Shown here in pieces: positions 1 through 12,564 of a DNA stretch of 64,000 nt. Where the stretch lies: assembly GCF_006345805.1 (NCBI RefSeq), contig NC_043003.1, positions 56,358,001 to 56,422,000 on the forward strand, in the 5' to 3' direction. The notes below the pieces were generated by a model that searched no databases, was not told the DNA's origin, and worked only from the letters and a program-made list of their open reading frames with translations. Source of the stretch: Octopus sinensis (lineage: Eukaryota). Numbering within the stretch: the stretch's first letter is position 1; each line of letters begins with the position of its first letter. Both the position numbers and the translations under genes were made by a program.

Positions 1-33
1 AAACATAGGCGAATGTATGGATATAGATCGATA

Positions 34-330
34 TATCACCGTGATCACCGTGACCGACAAGACTATCAGATGTTGCTACACATCGCTGGTCACAATGCGC
101 TTCGTGTTGTTTTAGCCTTCAAATGACGCGAGCAGGCCAACAGAAGAAAGAGTGAGAGAATGTTGTGGCGAAAGAGTACAGCAGGGATCGCCACGACCCC
201 TTGCCGGAGCCTCGTGGAACTTTGAGTGTTTTCGCTCAATAAACCTTCACAACACCCGATCTGGGAACCGAAACCGCGATCCTATAACCGCGAGTCTGCT
301 GCCCTAACCACTGGGCCATTGCGCCTCCAC
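34..330 (-). mobile_element. tRNA-derived SINE with an RTE-LINE-like 3' tail
   Basis: Minus strand begins GTGGAGGCGCAATGGCCCAGTGGTT (A box) and has a B-box-like GGTTTCGGTTCC. It ends in a CACGGTGAT repeat. The first ~190 bp match the SINE at 22332 and the tail matches 21566-21613. Confidence 0.85.
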
Positions 331-332
331 AG

Positions 333-372
<40 letters not shown>

Positions 373-385
373 GCACACACACACA

Positions 386-420
<35 letters not shown>

Positions 421-819
421 AGATAGACAGATAGACAGATAGATAGATAAATAGATAGACCCTTGAAGCACGCATGCTCACATACACTCACACACAGACA
501 CACATACAGGTATATGCATGATCTGTCTAGCTACTTGTGCTTGTCCGCCTGATTGGATTTCTTAATGTCTCCTTATATAACTCCTTCTGTATTTGTTAAT
601 TTATAGTCAATTAGTGTTTACTATATAATTATTTTCAACTCACACATATGCCCACGCGCTCGTATACAAACTCATGCCCAGCTATAAATACACGCGCACA
701 AACAAACGTGCACATACACACACACGCGCGCGCGCACACAATCGCGCAACATCGCCATTTTGTAGTAGTTTATATTGCATTCCGTCACATTTCTTCTTTA
801 GTAAATTATTATTCTATAT

Positions 820-822
<3 letters not shown>

Positions 823-864
<42 letters not shown>

Positions 865-1000
865 TAATAATAATAATAATGATGATAATGGTGATGATGA
901 TGGTGATTGATACTGATGGGGATTTTGATGAGAAGAAGAAGGAGGAGAAGAAGAAGAAGAAGAGAAGAAGAAGAAGAAGAAGAAGAAGAAGAAAAAAGAA

Positions 1001-1031
<31 letters not shown>

Positions 1032-1077
1032 AAGAAGAAGAAGAAGAAGAAGAAGAAGAAGAAGAAGAAGAAGAAGC
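823..1077. repeat. (AAT)n followed by a (GAA)n microsatellite
   Basis: Direct reading of the sequence; source of the poly-N/K/R/E ORFs. Confidence 0.95.
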
Positions 1078-1939
1078 CATACTTCTTCGATAATTGCATA
1101 CGTAGAATATTACATTGCACAGTAAAAATTACACCAACCGACTAGAACAAAATGAATGATTAAATATTGCATTTATTCATATAGAAAGAAGATAGAAAGA
1201 TCACGGCCTCAATGGTTTTCATACCATGTTTGCCAAATCAGAGCTGATCTGTGTCTAAATAACAACTAGACGAATTTTATGATACTACACTTATCTAACA
1301 TCGGATAACTTTTATTCATAAATCTAATATATAGAGTGCATTTTCGCCAGTCCGACCTTTTAGCGATCTGGAGAGTGGAAGATTATCAAATTTGACTGTC
1401 TAATGAAACTCTGTCTAATAAATCATTAAAAATCATGTTTCCAACCAAACCAGGGTAATCGTTTATGTAACTATCTTTTACCAGGCTTCATATTTACGAA
1501 CGTCATGCCGTAATTTAAAGTTTTCAACTTCTCCAATATAAATCTCTCAAATCCATGCAACGCCGATATCTTCGTACAATGCTTGCCTTTCTTTGTGACC
1601 AGTGGTCTTTAAATCACAACACGCTCGGATTACTTTGCACTAAAGCTCTGCATCTAGTTTCGAAAGCATTGATTTATTTGGAACTATGTTGCACATTACC
1701 ACCTTTATTAGTATCTGAATCATGCACAAATTGCATTAAGTAATCCTTTGGTTACTTAATGTCCTAAACTTTTACATACTCTTGTTATACACCCATGCTG
1801 AAGATTACCGCTCCCATCTCCTTCCCAAAGGTGCTTTATTAAAATTTCTGTGTGTATCATGAGAGTTCCATTGCCTTGTTTTAGTACCTTCATTAATCTG
1901 ATTCTGTTATCATTATTTCTTTCTGGTAACGCACCGGAT

Positions 1940-2110
1940 AGATTGCTAAGCGGCAATACTTCCGTCTCACCGTTCTGATTTCAAATCCCTGATTTGTCTT
2001 TCATCGTTTTGGCTGTCGACAAAATAAGTACCAGTTGAAAACTGGGGTCGACATAACCCATTAATCCCATCCATCGAACTTACTGGCCTAGTACCAAAAT
2101 TTGAAACCAA
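1940..2110 (+). mobile_element. Degenerate Nin/Deu-domain-like SINE
   Basis: Contains GTCTTTCATCGTTTTGGCTGTCGACAAAATAAGTACCAG..ACTGGGGTCGA and the tail AAATTTGAAACCA, as in the copies at 17948 and 42735. Confidence 0.7.
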
Positions 2111-2129
2111 TATTTGTTACAGTTGTAGA

Positions 2130-2268
2130 TAAAAAATTATCGATTCCGGAGCGATGAACATCAAATTAGACCTCAGGAGTATTTGAACCCAAAGACTATA
2201 ATCGGATGAAATGCGGCGAAGAATTACTGCCTGGTGTGCTAACGTTTCTGCTAGCTGACCTCTTAGGT
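2130..2268 (-). mobile_element. Degenerate Nin/Deu-like SINE 5' part, inverted relative to 1940-2110
   Basis: Reverse complement resembles the head GAGCTAGCAGAAACGTTAGCACACCAGG and a decayed ATCGATAA domain. Confidence 0.55.
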
Positions 2269-2764
2269 TTCGTTACTAATGTTTGAAGATATTTTGAAAG
2301 AAAGGAACTAAAATATATAAGATCAGTACAGATACAAAACATTCTCAGTGCTACCCACATCTCTTAACAACTTGAAAATAAATAATGACGGGATGACGTC
2401 GGTCAAAGAGAGACTTTTGCAAAGAGAAAAAATTATGAATCGAAGAAAAGATGTAACGCACTATCAAACCTAGTACACTGTTGCCAACACTACTGAATAT
2501 AAGTGATTTGTTTTAATGTACAAAAGTTGGTATGTTTGAAACTACACTAAACCTGTTATGTAAACACACAAAGAAAAAAGAGCTTCTAATTGGTCACTCT
2601 AATTGCTAGAAATATTTCCCACTAAAATAACGGTAGAATATGTGTGATGATGTGTTTGAGGTAATATTGTGTCATAAAATTAATGTTTTCACTTACCATA
2701 TAACCGTTTTCTTGATACTTTTTTTCAATCAAATAATAGGCTACTCGCATGAAATATATCAGCA

Positions 2765-2904
2765 ATATCATAAATATATTTCAAACAAGTTGATAATGAT
2801 GAAAACAGGAGCATCTCCTCGTAAATGGAGTAATGCAAATTAATTCAATGTTGTTCGCCTCATCATTTTAAATAAATAATTCGCTTAGTTAACTATTTTA
2901 TTTA
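2765..2904. repeat. ~140-bp diverged direct repeat; partner at 5030-5171
   Basis: The 32-bp core TAAATAATTCGCTTAGTTAACTATTTTATTTA is identical at 2873-2904 and 5140-5171, and similarity extends upstream. Confidence 0.8.
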
Positions 2905-4056
2905 CCGTTGAATATTTCAAACAACGTGGAAGATGAATACGATTTCTTTCTCTTCGAGTTGTCTTCAAAAGCAGTTATTAATTAGGATTGGTTAACGTAT
3001 CGTATCGTCGTCATTATCATTAGTATTTTTTTGTGTTGGTTGTTTCTGTTAGCCTTTGGTCCTGAGCCGTACTATGAACAAAGTGTTCAAGATATGGAGA
3101 GATTGAATTAATTTTAAAAAGTTTTTTCATGTAAAATAATAAATTCTGTCTGTCTGGGACCTCAGTATCTCAGGTTACATTTGCTCTACATAGATACAGT
3201 ATACCCTTTTGGAGTCAGAGTGATCTCGGGATTGAAAATCTGCCCTTCGTTTGGTTTTTGAACATCCAGTTTTGAGATCAATTGGGTTGCTACTTCTAGC
3301 AGGTAAAACTTGGCTGATTCACGCCATCTTGGTTTGCCTTTGTGAAATGGTGTCAAAAATCGAGGTGGAGACAGATGACATACACTTCGTTAATTTTGCG
3401 TGGAGATAAGATCTTTAAAACAAATTAGCCAACAGGTGGAATTCAACTTGTGACTGATACAATAAAATGATTGCATTACAAAATCAATTCTCATCCGTCC
3501 TTAACCTCTGATCAAACACCACCGGGGCAAATAGTCATTATAGATGTATTACAATCAAGTCATGCTATTTAGCTCTCTTTAGTTTTGGATCGCAGGCCCA
3601 ATTAGCCTTCCGCAGGAGCTAGCTGAAAAGTCTACGCAGTGTGCAGCTTCTAAGCTAGTTTGTCTAGAGCTAGAATTACTTCCCTTGCTTTCTGAAAAAA
3701 AAAAGAAATATGGCGTCATTTTAAGAAAGATTTTGCTGCCATTTCTTGTTTTCAACTAAAATGTAGCTACTATATCTTTGATTCGTTGTATGGTCAATAT
3801 ACCTGATATATATTACCGGTGTTGTCCATGTCGTATAACCGTAGTTTTGATAATATTGAACACAGCTTTCACAGTAGCGAACGTTTAATATTTGATCATA
3901 CGTAGTAATAATAGGGATAAATCACTCAATATCTCTTTCTTTATTGTTGTCAATACATAGTGTGATTTGAGTTTCATAGAGCCACTATTTCTCAAATAGG
4001 TGACATCGTAGGCGCTCTCTCTTTTAAACGATGCATTAAAGCTCTTACAATAATTA

Positions 4057-4581
4057 CCGTAAATCTTCTAGTATAATCCGCTTTTTTTCCCAAAATTTAC
4101 ATGCCAAAATCCCTAGTGCGTACTATATACAAGGTTAAATTAAAAATGAAACATATTTTCTAAGCAATGTCCGAGTCTCTATTTGCTCTCCGGCAATGTT
4201 TATTCAAACGCATTTTGTGATGTCGGGTGCGAAAATACCTTACACTAAGCTTGAAAGTAATGAACCCTAAAAGAATCATCCATAACTTGCAGTAAGCAGC
4301 ATTTATTAAAATATAAGTATTCAGAACACAGAAAAAACATGTAACAAAAACAATTTGTAAACATATTTACATTCCCATATAACAGTTAAGAACATCACAA
4401 TTATTCTATTACGCACGAGGGAAAGCATTTGTTCGACTAGGTGCTGCTGGCTAATTACGAACGACTCAAGTTAGAGGAGGGGTGCGTATTATATACAAGG
4501 TTTAGATTTTTCAGAGGTACAGCCCCCTAAAAATCCCCTGCGTATTATACTCAAGGGCGGACTATACTCAAGGATTTACGG
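4057..4581. mobile_element. pogo/Tigger-like MITE (525 bp)
   Basis: 25-bp TIRs CCGTAAATCTTCTAGTATAATCCGC and revcomp CCGTAAATCCTTGAGTATAGTCCGC (4 mismatches). TA on both flanks, no ORF. Confidence 0.85.
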
Positions 4582-4725
4582 TATTTTTGTTTTCTTAAAT
4601 CTATAATCAACAGTCATTCAACTGATATATGCTGAGATGTTTCCTGCTCACCAACGCGAGCTTAAACTTAAATTTTCAGCCATGAATTAACTTGAAAATA
4701 TTATTTTTTTTTAAATGCGCCCTTT

Positions 4726-4963
4726 TAAAGCATTGCCATGCGCATGGGCCAGGTTTCCCCGTTTCTATGGCGTAAGTGTTCCCCAGCTGGACGGGACACC
4801 AGTCCATCGCAGTGTTACTTATTTTTGCCAGCTGAGTGGACTGGAGCAACGTGAAATGAAGTGTTTTGCTCAAGAACACAACGCGTCGCCCGGTCCAGGA
4901 ATCGAAACCACAATCTTGCGATCATGGTGCTGACACCCAAACCACTAAGCCAGGCGCTTCCAC
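4726..4963 (-). mobile_element. tRNA-derived SINE (central TGTGTTCTTGAGCAA domain plus Meta/V-like tail)
   Basis: Head GTGGAAGCGCCTGGCTTAGTGGTT...GGTTTCGATTCC. Tail CTGCGATGGACTGGTGTCCCGTCCAG..GAAAC is shared with 22332. Confidence 0.8.
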
Positions 4964-5823
4964 GAAAATATTATTTACAGAACCTTATTTTCTGAGGAAG
5001 CGAGAGTATGATTTCAAGAAATATGTCACCAATTTCATAAATTTATTTTAACCAATTTGATAATGATGCAAATAGAAGCAACTCCTTGTACCTGGTGTAA
5101 CGTAAGTTAATTTAATGTTGTTTACCTCATCACTTTAACTAAATAATTCGCTTAGTTAACTATTTTATTTAACGATGAAGAAGTAAGATGATTGCGTAAA
5201 AAGAGACATAAGTGAAAATAGGTTGAAAAAAAATTATATAAATAGCAGTGGAGCAAGATTATTAACTGACCTCCAGAATGGCAAAAGGACTTCGGCTAGA
5301 ATAAGAAGAAAATTAAAAAGAAACATTCAGATCATTCATGAACTGACATTTGTAAATGATTTTTATCAAAAGCTTGAGACAACCATCTATAACGATCAGT
5401 TTGATATAAATCCATATTGAAAGCGTTTACACATGCTTATGTATACGAATGTACATGTGTGTTTAGGTATGTTTTTGTGTCTGCTTGTGTATGTGTGTGA
5501 GGCCTAGTTTGCGTATGCGTGTGTGAGTGTGTGCGCGTGTGCGTAGTTGTGCATCCAAAACATCGTACACTGATTGTCTCAATGTATATAAAATGTATAT
5601 AAAAAGATGAGTTTTTATGTGTATACTTAAATATGTATATACGTTCACATACATATACCGATACGTGTATATACATACATACATACATACGTACATACAT
5701 ACATACACACACACACACATATATATATATACATATATATATACATATCTATATATATATATATGTGTGTGTGTGTATTTGTGCGTGCGTGTGTGCGTGT
5801 ATGTGTGCAGTGGCATATATAAA

Positions 5824-5932
<109 letters not shown>

Positions 5933-6633
5933 TACATACAGAAAGGGAGAGAGAGAGAGAGAGAGGGCGGAAGAGACATTACATACGTATGTATATGTTT
6001 GTGCGTTTGTGCTTAAATTAAAGAAGTAGAAATATATATTTCTCGAATACTTCAAGAATATATTGTTGGAAAGTTCAGAAAAATGCCCTATGAATTTGAA
6101 TGTAATATCGGATTATGTCATATCGGGAGCTGTAATATAATAATATAACAATGGAAACAAGACACATGGATATAAATTATGGATAATGTATTAAATTTAA
6201 TATATATTAATGTGTGCGTATGTATGTATGTATTCATGTGTTTATATATTGTTGGCGACATAAAAATTATACTGTTTCGAAGGAATGCGAAAGAATAATT
6301 TTTTAGAATTGGTTCTCGAAGTACATTAATGCAATAAATAATAGCATGTAAATATTAGGGGGGGAAATCTTTGGGGATAGAAAACGCCAAATAAGATCTA
6401 GGTTCGTATTCATCGGGGTGTGTTCGACATTTACTGTCTAACAGGGGTTTTCAACCGAATGTACTTCAAGAACATTTTCCAAAATATATGTCTATATACA
6501 TAAATACATTATATGCGTGTGTATGTGTATGCATACATATATGTACACATATATATTATATATACATATATATACATATATATATATATACATATATATG
6601 CATATATATGTATATATATATACACACACACAC

Positions 6634-6699
<66 letters not shown>

Positions 6700-6719
6700 G
6701 ATATAGGGAGCATTCACGA

Positions 6720-6850
6720 AAAAAACAAACGACGAAGCCAGGTGGTGTAGAAAACAAACAGATGTATTAGTATAACGCTCAGGGATTGAGAAAAAAGTAT
6801 TTAGCGTTTCGAGCCTAGGCTCTTCTACAGAAATAAACTCAGAAACAAGG
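6720..6850 (-). repeat. Short Penelope-associated-type repeat with a hammerhead-like motif at 6798-6835
   Basis: Minus strand reads TATTT CTGTAGA A GAGC-CTAG-GCTC GAAACGCT AAATA. It shares CCTGAGCGT with the 16062-16255 repeat. Confidence 0.55.
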
Positions 6851-6854
6851 AGAG

Positions 6855-6898
<44 letters not shown>

Positions 6899-7024
6899 TT
6901 ATAGCGGTCACCGTGCAAATGATTAAAGAAAACGCTCTAATAATGGGTCATATAAGCCCTCGACAGAAATAAGGTAGTAAAAAGTACGGGAAAGCGTCAT
7001 CCCTTATTATACGCATGTATATAA

Positions 7025-7081
<57 letters not shown>

Positions 7082-7094
7082 TTTAATCGTTTAT

Positions 7095-7440
7095 GAAAGA
7101 CTTTAGTCGAGGGAATCGATTCCTGCGCTTATTATTTTAGAAAAAAGCTACTTATTCTATTCTTATCTTTCTTGGAACCGCTAACTTACGGGGACGTAAC
7201 CACACTTAAACCGGTTGTCGAGTGTTGGTGCGCGACAGACACATGCACAAATACACACACATATTTGGACATATACAACATAATCCTTTTAGTTTCTGTC
7301 AACTAATTCCACTCATAAAGCTATAGTCAGTCCGAGTCTAATAATAGAAATCGCTTGTCCCAGGTTCCGTACAGTGAGACTAAACCCCGAACCATGAGGC
7401 TGGAAATCGAACTTCTTCACACACAGCCCCGCCTCCACCC
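7095..7440 (-). mobile_element. Diverged copy of the abundant CORE-like tRNA SINE
   Basis: Contains GGAACCGCTAACTTACGGGGACGTAA and the head CACACAGCC, colinear with the reverse complement of 29985-30394. Confidence 0.7.
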
Positions 7441-8310
7441 ATGTGCCGAAATCGACGTTAATACACCAGCAAACCACACCATACTGAAGCTACGTTTTCT
7501 CAGGATATTTTAACATATAAAAGCACAGTTTATAACTTGTGCATTATACCACCACCATTTGACTAACCTTATTCGCTTATCTCCTGAGACATTGGTCAAT
7601 TTATATCTAAGATCACCTTTGGCCTACATATATTTCGGCCATGTTTGTACTGAAATATACGTGTGTATGCGTGTGTGTGCATGCGTGTGTGTGTCAGTGT
7701 GTGCGTGTTTGCGTGTGTTTACGTGTGACTGTCTGTGAGTTTATAATGTCCCATATATTTGTGAGGTTGATTTTCCTAGCCACATATGTAACAATGAAAC
7801 AAACGTGTGTTTCGTGTGCGTATATATGTGTGTGCAAATGTGTGGTGTGCTCGTGTATGTGCGTTTGGTGTGCGATTGTGTGTGTGTGTTTGTGTTGTAG
7901 GTTTGCTTTCGTGTGTGTGTGTGTGTATGTGTGTGTGTGTGTGTGTATGTGTGTGTGTGTGTTTGTGTGTCTAGTGACAGTAAAAATATCTTTGTATTGA
8001 AATTCTATCAAATATATCTACCGCCTTGTATGTCTATCTTTATCTATCGCACATCTAAAATTCAATATATTTCGTCATGAACACTCTTCCTCCTAGTCTC
8101 ACTTGCTCTCTTTCACTCTCTTGTCGAGTCATTCTCACCCTATATATCTCTCTCCTTTTCTATCGCTCGCTCTCCTTTCCTCTTAACTGCGCAACTTACT
8201 GAAAATTTCTGTTCAATTTCTATATGTCCATATCGCATTTCCTGTATATGTCTATACATCCAATTATCTGTATAGTAATATATCAAGATATTCACCATAA
8301 GTACATACGT

Positions 8311-8351
<41 letters not shown>

Positions 8352-8727
8352 ACACACACACACACATACACACATATACACACACATACGTGATGTTGTA
8401 GGGAAGTGGTGGACGCTGCACGCGTGCATATATGTATATACACTCGCAAGCATATGCATTTATGAAGCAATTTGTGTTAGGTATCTGAGTTGCTAAGTTG
8501 CTTTCTTTTTAACAAAATATATTACTTTACATAACCTTTTCGAATATTGCATATTATTTGGTATTATTTATGAAGCCTGGTGGTGTACTCACACATGTAC
8601 ACATTTATGAAGCCACACACACTCGTATAAATATATATGCTTGTATGAATATATGTCTTTTGTTATATATGTGTGTGTGTGTACGTGTGTATATATGTAT
8701 GTTAGTGTGTACGTGTTTATACATCTA

Positions 8728-8788
<61 letters not shown>

Positions 8789-9560
8789 ATATATAAATAT
8801 GAATATATGCCGGATATTTGAAAAATTTATATTCATTTTATATATATTTAATTACATATCACATGTATTGTCGCATTTAATTCATCGCATGTCTTGCAAA
8901 TATAAGTCAACTCCACGATTTGGCCTTAAGCACTTTGCAACAGGGCTTTCGAAAATTGTTCATGATATTTCGCCCAAGTAATCATAGTTCCTTTCATTTT
9001 CTGTCCTCACTTGCCTTTTGCTGTTGATAAAAATTTTGGCTTCCTTGAATATTTCTACATTTTGCTCTCGTTTTGTAAAATAAGTAATTTTTTCATATCA
9101 TGCGAATGAAGAACAAATATGTCAGCGTTTTGGGGGTTGATTATAGACGCATGTGGCAAATCGAATGTACATGACTGTACGTGTAGAAGGTAATATATGC
9201 CAATGAAGAGAGAAATAATCCTTTTATAAAATATTGCAGATTGTTACATGAATAAAATTTTCCAAAACCAATGAACGGCAAATAAAAATATAGCGAGAAA
9301 GACATGGAGTTCGAGAGAAAGAGGGGTGAAGATGGGCGAGAAAGTCACAGAGATAGGGACAGAGAGAGACATACAGATAGAGACAAAGAGATTGCGTCAA
9401 CTGAAGGGCAATGAAGGAAAAGAATATCGAAGTTGAAACTACCCTCGACTCCTACAACTTCTCCCATTGCAGTTCAAACGAAGCTCACCTGCAATGATAG
9501 CGTATACAAACCGATCGCTTGATAGGTTACAAATTTACGTGTTTTATACAGAAGAGATAC

Positions 9561-9586
9561 GGTGCTGAAGACGAAAGATCTACATC
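9561..9586 (+). ncRNA. Minimal hammerhead-ribozyme-like motif lacking helix II (candidate)
   Basis: GGTG CTGAAGA C GAA AGATCT A CATC: intact CUGANGA and GAAA cores, palindromic helix III, 4-bp helix I. Confidence 0.35.
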
Positions 9587-10058
9587 TTCTAGACAAGACA
9601 ACCTCAGCTTGTTACAACAAGCAACAGTTACACTGCTGTCGATTTATAAGTATGACTAGAAGATGCAGAATAGAAATATAGGAATAGGGCTAAATACAAA
9701 CAAGATAGGACTAGAGACAAACAAGCAAGAACTCAGAAATGTCTTGCAATATCGCGGCCACCAGTCTGGAAATGTGATATTCATTGTTGTTCTATATAAT
9801 AACAATCGACACCCCAATTTGACTTGTGAACCTCAAGGACAATTAAATGAACATGAGCTGATCAAAAGCAGGATGCGAATAGCATGCCCTATACGAGATA
9901 AATCCGTCATTAAAAAGATGTAAAGAGTCTACCAAAACTCTGAATATGAGAAAGGTTTAAAGTTTGCGGCAGCGACAGTTAATAATACATATGTAAGTGA
10001 TACCCCTTAGTAATTTAGTTATAAGTACGTATTATATATATATATATATATTCTCAAA

Positions 10059-10205
10059 GACTGAAACCGGTACTATAATGTTCTTCGTGATAAAATTATT
10101 TAAGCATTTTCAACCTTGTCTTTTTTATAGATAAGGAAAATAAGACAAGGTTGAAAATTCTCAAATAATTTTATCATGAAGAACATTAGAGTACCGGTTT
10201 CAGTC
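10059..10205. repeat. 147-bp palindrome (64-bp arms, 4 mismatches, 19-nt loop)
   Basis: 10059-10122 pairs with the reverse complement of 10142-10205. Both arms begin GACTGAAACCGGTACT. Confidence 0.92.
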
Positions 10206-10444
10206 ATTGCTAATTTTTCAACTTAGAGTGAAGCATGAAAAACAATTAAATTGTGGAAAAATTAAATGAAATGTTTTTTCAAAATATATACATAGTTTTT
10301 AAATGAAAGGAATATTTTCCTTTTTTCTGTCTGTCTCTCTTTTTTGTACGGTCTTGGTAGGAGGTTGTACCACTCCTAATATTTGATACGAGTTCTTGGT
10401 TTTGATTGTTTAAGCAGCAGTAGTAGCTGAGAAAGGAGTCGTTG

Positions 10445-10570
10445 AAGAAGAAGAAGAAGAAGAAGAAGAAGAAGAAGAAGAAGAAGAAGAAGACGAAGAA
10501 GAAGAAGAAAAGAAGAAGAAGAAGAAGAAGAAGAAGAAGAAGAAGAAGAAGAAGAAGAAGAAGAAGAAGA
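10445..10570. repeat. (GAA)n microsatellite
   Basis: Direct reading of the sequence. Confidence 0.95.
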
Positions 10571-10744
10571 ATGCGGAAGTGGTATGGCTGTGGTAAGATA
10601 TTGATGGGATCCTCTTAAATGATCAAGTGAGATGAAAGTGATCCGTTGTGGTTGTAATAGTAGTGATTAGAATTGTTCTGAATAAATTCATGTATAGTGA
10701 CTGTTCTGAATATATCGTTTTAAATATTTGCGTGGGTATTGTTA

Positions 10745-11895
10745 TAAGGCCATTGTAATAGTGTCGTTCGTATTGGACGCATTCAAAATGGGTTTATATT
10801 TTGTAGTAAAACATCACTCTTTACTAATGCGCTGACTACAAGTTGCATTGTCCCTGAATTTATAGAGGGAAAAAATTCAAAAGCTGTGTTGCTTTGACAC
10901 AAATGTCGATATGTTCGCTGAACGCTATTTTTCTGTACTCACAAATTTTGATCTGGGATCTATGTAGAGCAATCCTTTGACGTAGACTATATTTGGTTTG
11001 ACCTATGTATTGCTCTTGGCACCCAGAACAAGTTAATACATATATTAGGTTCTCTGAAGCACATATGACATTTTTGTCTCTACAAAACGTTGACCCTGTT
11101 TGAAAGAGAACTCCGATCCCTCAATTAGCTTGACGAATATACCACAGTTAGGTTTTGTTGCTGTCGAGCGTATTTGGGCTTGCGTTAGGAGACTTTTCAT
11201 ATATTTGGGTTGTCTTTTGTTCTTTATGATGGAGTGCGTTTGGAGGATTAAACTCATTCTGTGGTCCCTGTTTCGTAGAGGAATGTTCTGGAGGATGGTG
11301 TCGAAGGTTTCATTGTTGACAGTGTTGTGTTTGGAGATGTATGGTAGGGCTTTTCGGTTGTAAATCCTTCTTTAATTTGAAATGTCTGAGTTCGTGGATA
11401 TTCATTGTAGGGCACGTTGAAAGCATACATCAATTAGTGATGGTGGATCATTCCTGGTAATGAGTGTATCCTTTAGTTCATATAGTCTTGTTATCTGGTG
11501 CATGTATTACAAACAATAGAACAATTATTTTTTGCTAAGTTGAAAGAGATATCCATTCTAGAGAGGTCTGGGGTGGCATGAGTTGAACGGTAGATAATGC
11601 TTGAAGTCCGAGGGCTTCTAGTATATATCTGTTTCTATTTCGTTATTAGATTTTTTAATGAGGTTGTCGTGGAATGGAAGTTGTTGATTCGTAAATTGAT
11701 TGTTTAAATCAAGTTCATTTGCAAGTGCTTGAAATTCTTTAACTCTCTCTATACTTTCATACCAGCGAATGAAACTGTCTTCCAGATACCTCTTCCAGTT
11801 TCTTTTTTTTTCTATGTAGAGGGAGAATGGTTTGCCGTATATTTCTAGAACCTTACGATAAAGAATTATTTCTCGATACCCATGACTAGGTTAGC
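10745..11895 (-). mobile_element. Penelope-like retroelement remnant (RT C-terminal part, linker, GIY-YIG endonuclease)
   Basis: Minus-strand translation gives NLVMG, RYLEDSFIRW (degenerate YxDD), ETDIY*KPSDFKHYLPFNSCHP, KRQPKYMKSLLTQAQ and ENLIYVLTCSGCQEQYIGQT..LRQRIALHR. Many stops and frameshifts. Confidence 0.88.
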
Positions 11896-12434
11896 AAAAA
11901 AGGGAAGAAAAGGGCGAGGAATAAAGTAAGAAAGCTATATTTGAAAAATATGTCATTTAATTTTTCCAAAATTTAATTGTTCTTCATGCATTACTCTAAT
12001 TTGAAAACGTCACTAAAATTCAAAGCGGCACTAAAATGTTCGTCATGATGAAATTATTTTGGCATTTTCTACCTTGTCTAATTTTCCTTATACGTATCAG
12101 CTCGTGTGTTCCTTTTCAACCTTCTACATATAAATGGGTGTGTCTGTGAATGTGTGTGTGTATATATTTGACAAGCTCGAGAAACGAGCGAAATCGGTAA
12201 TAATAATAATAATAATGACAAAATAAAAAAAAGTTATTTTTCCCCAAATTCTGACGCATTTTTTCTCAGTATTCAATTTTTGTTCTAATAGATAGATATA
12301 TGAATGAAAGAAATTCCAGCACACTGATTTTTGCGTTTCATTATTTGCAATTTTTACACTTTTACAATGTATATATGTATGTAATCTCTATCTTCTCTCT
12401 CTCTCTCTCTCTCTCTTCTATCTATCTATCTATC

Positions 12435-12465
<31 letters not shown>

Positions 12466-12564
12466 CACGCACAACACCACACACTCACACACACACACAA
12501 CAGACAATATATATATATATCTATATATATATAATATATATATATATTATATATATATAAGGTA

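Noticed and set aside
648-1145. Poly-N/K/R ORFs
   Set aside because: Translations of (AAT)n and (GAA)n microsatellites.
9663-9923. 86-aa ORF near the hammerhead-like motif
   Set aside because: No assignable retroelement or host domain.
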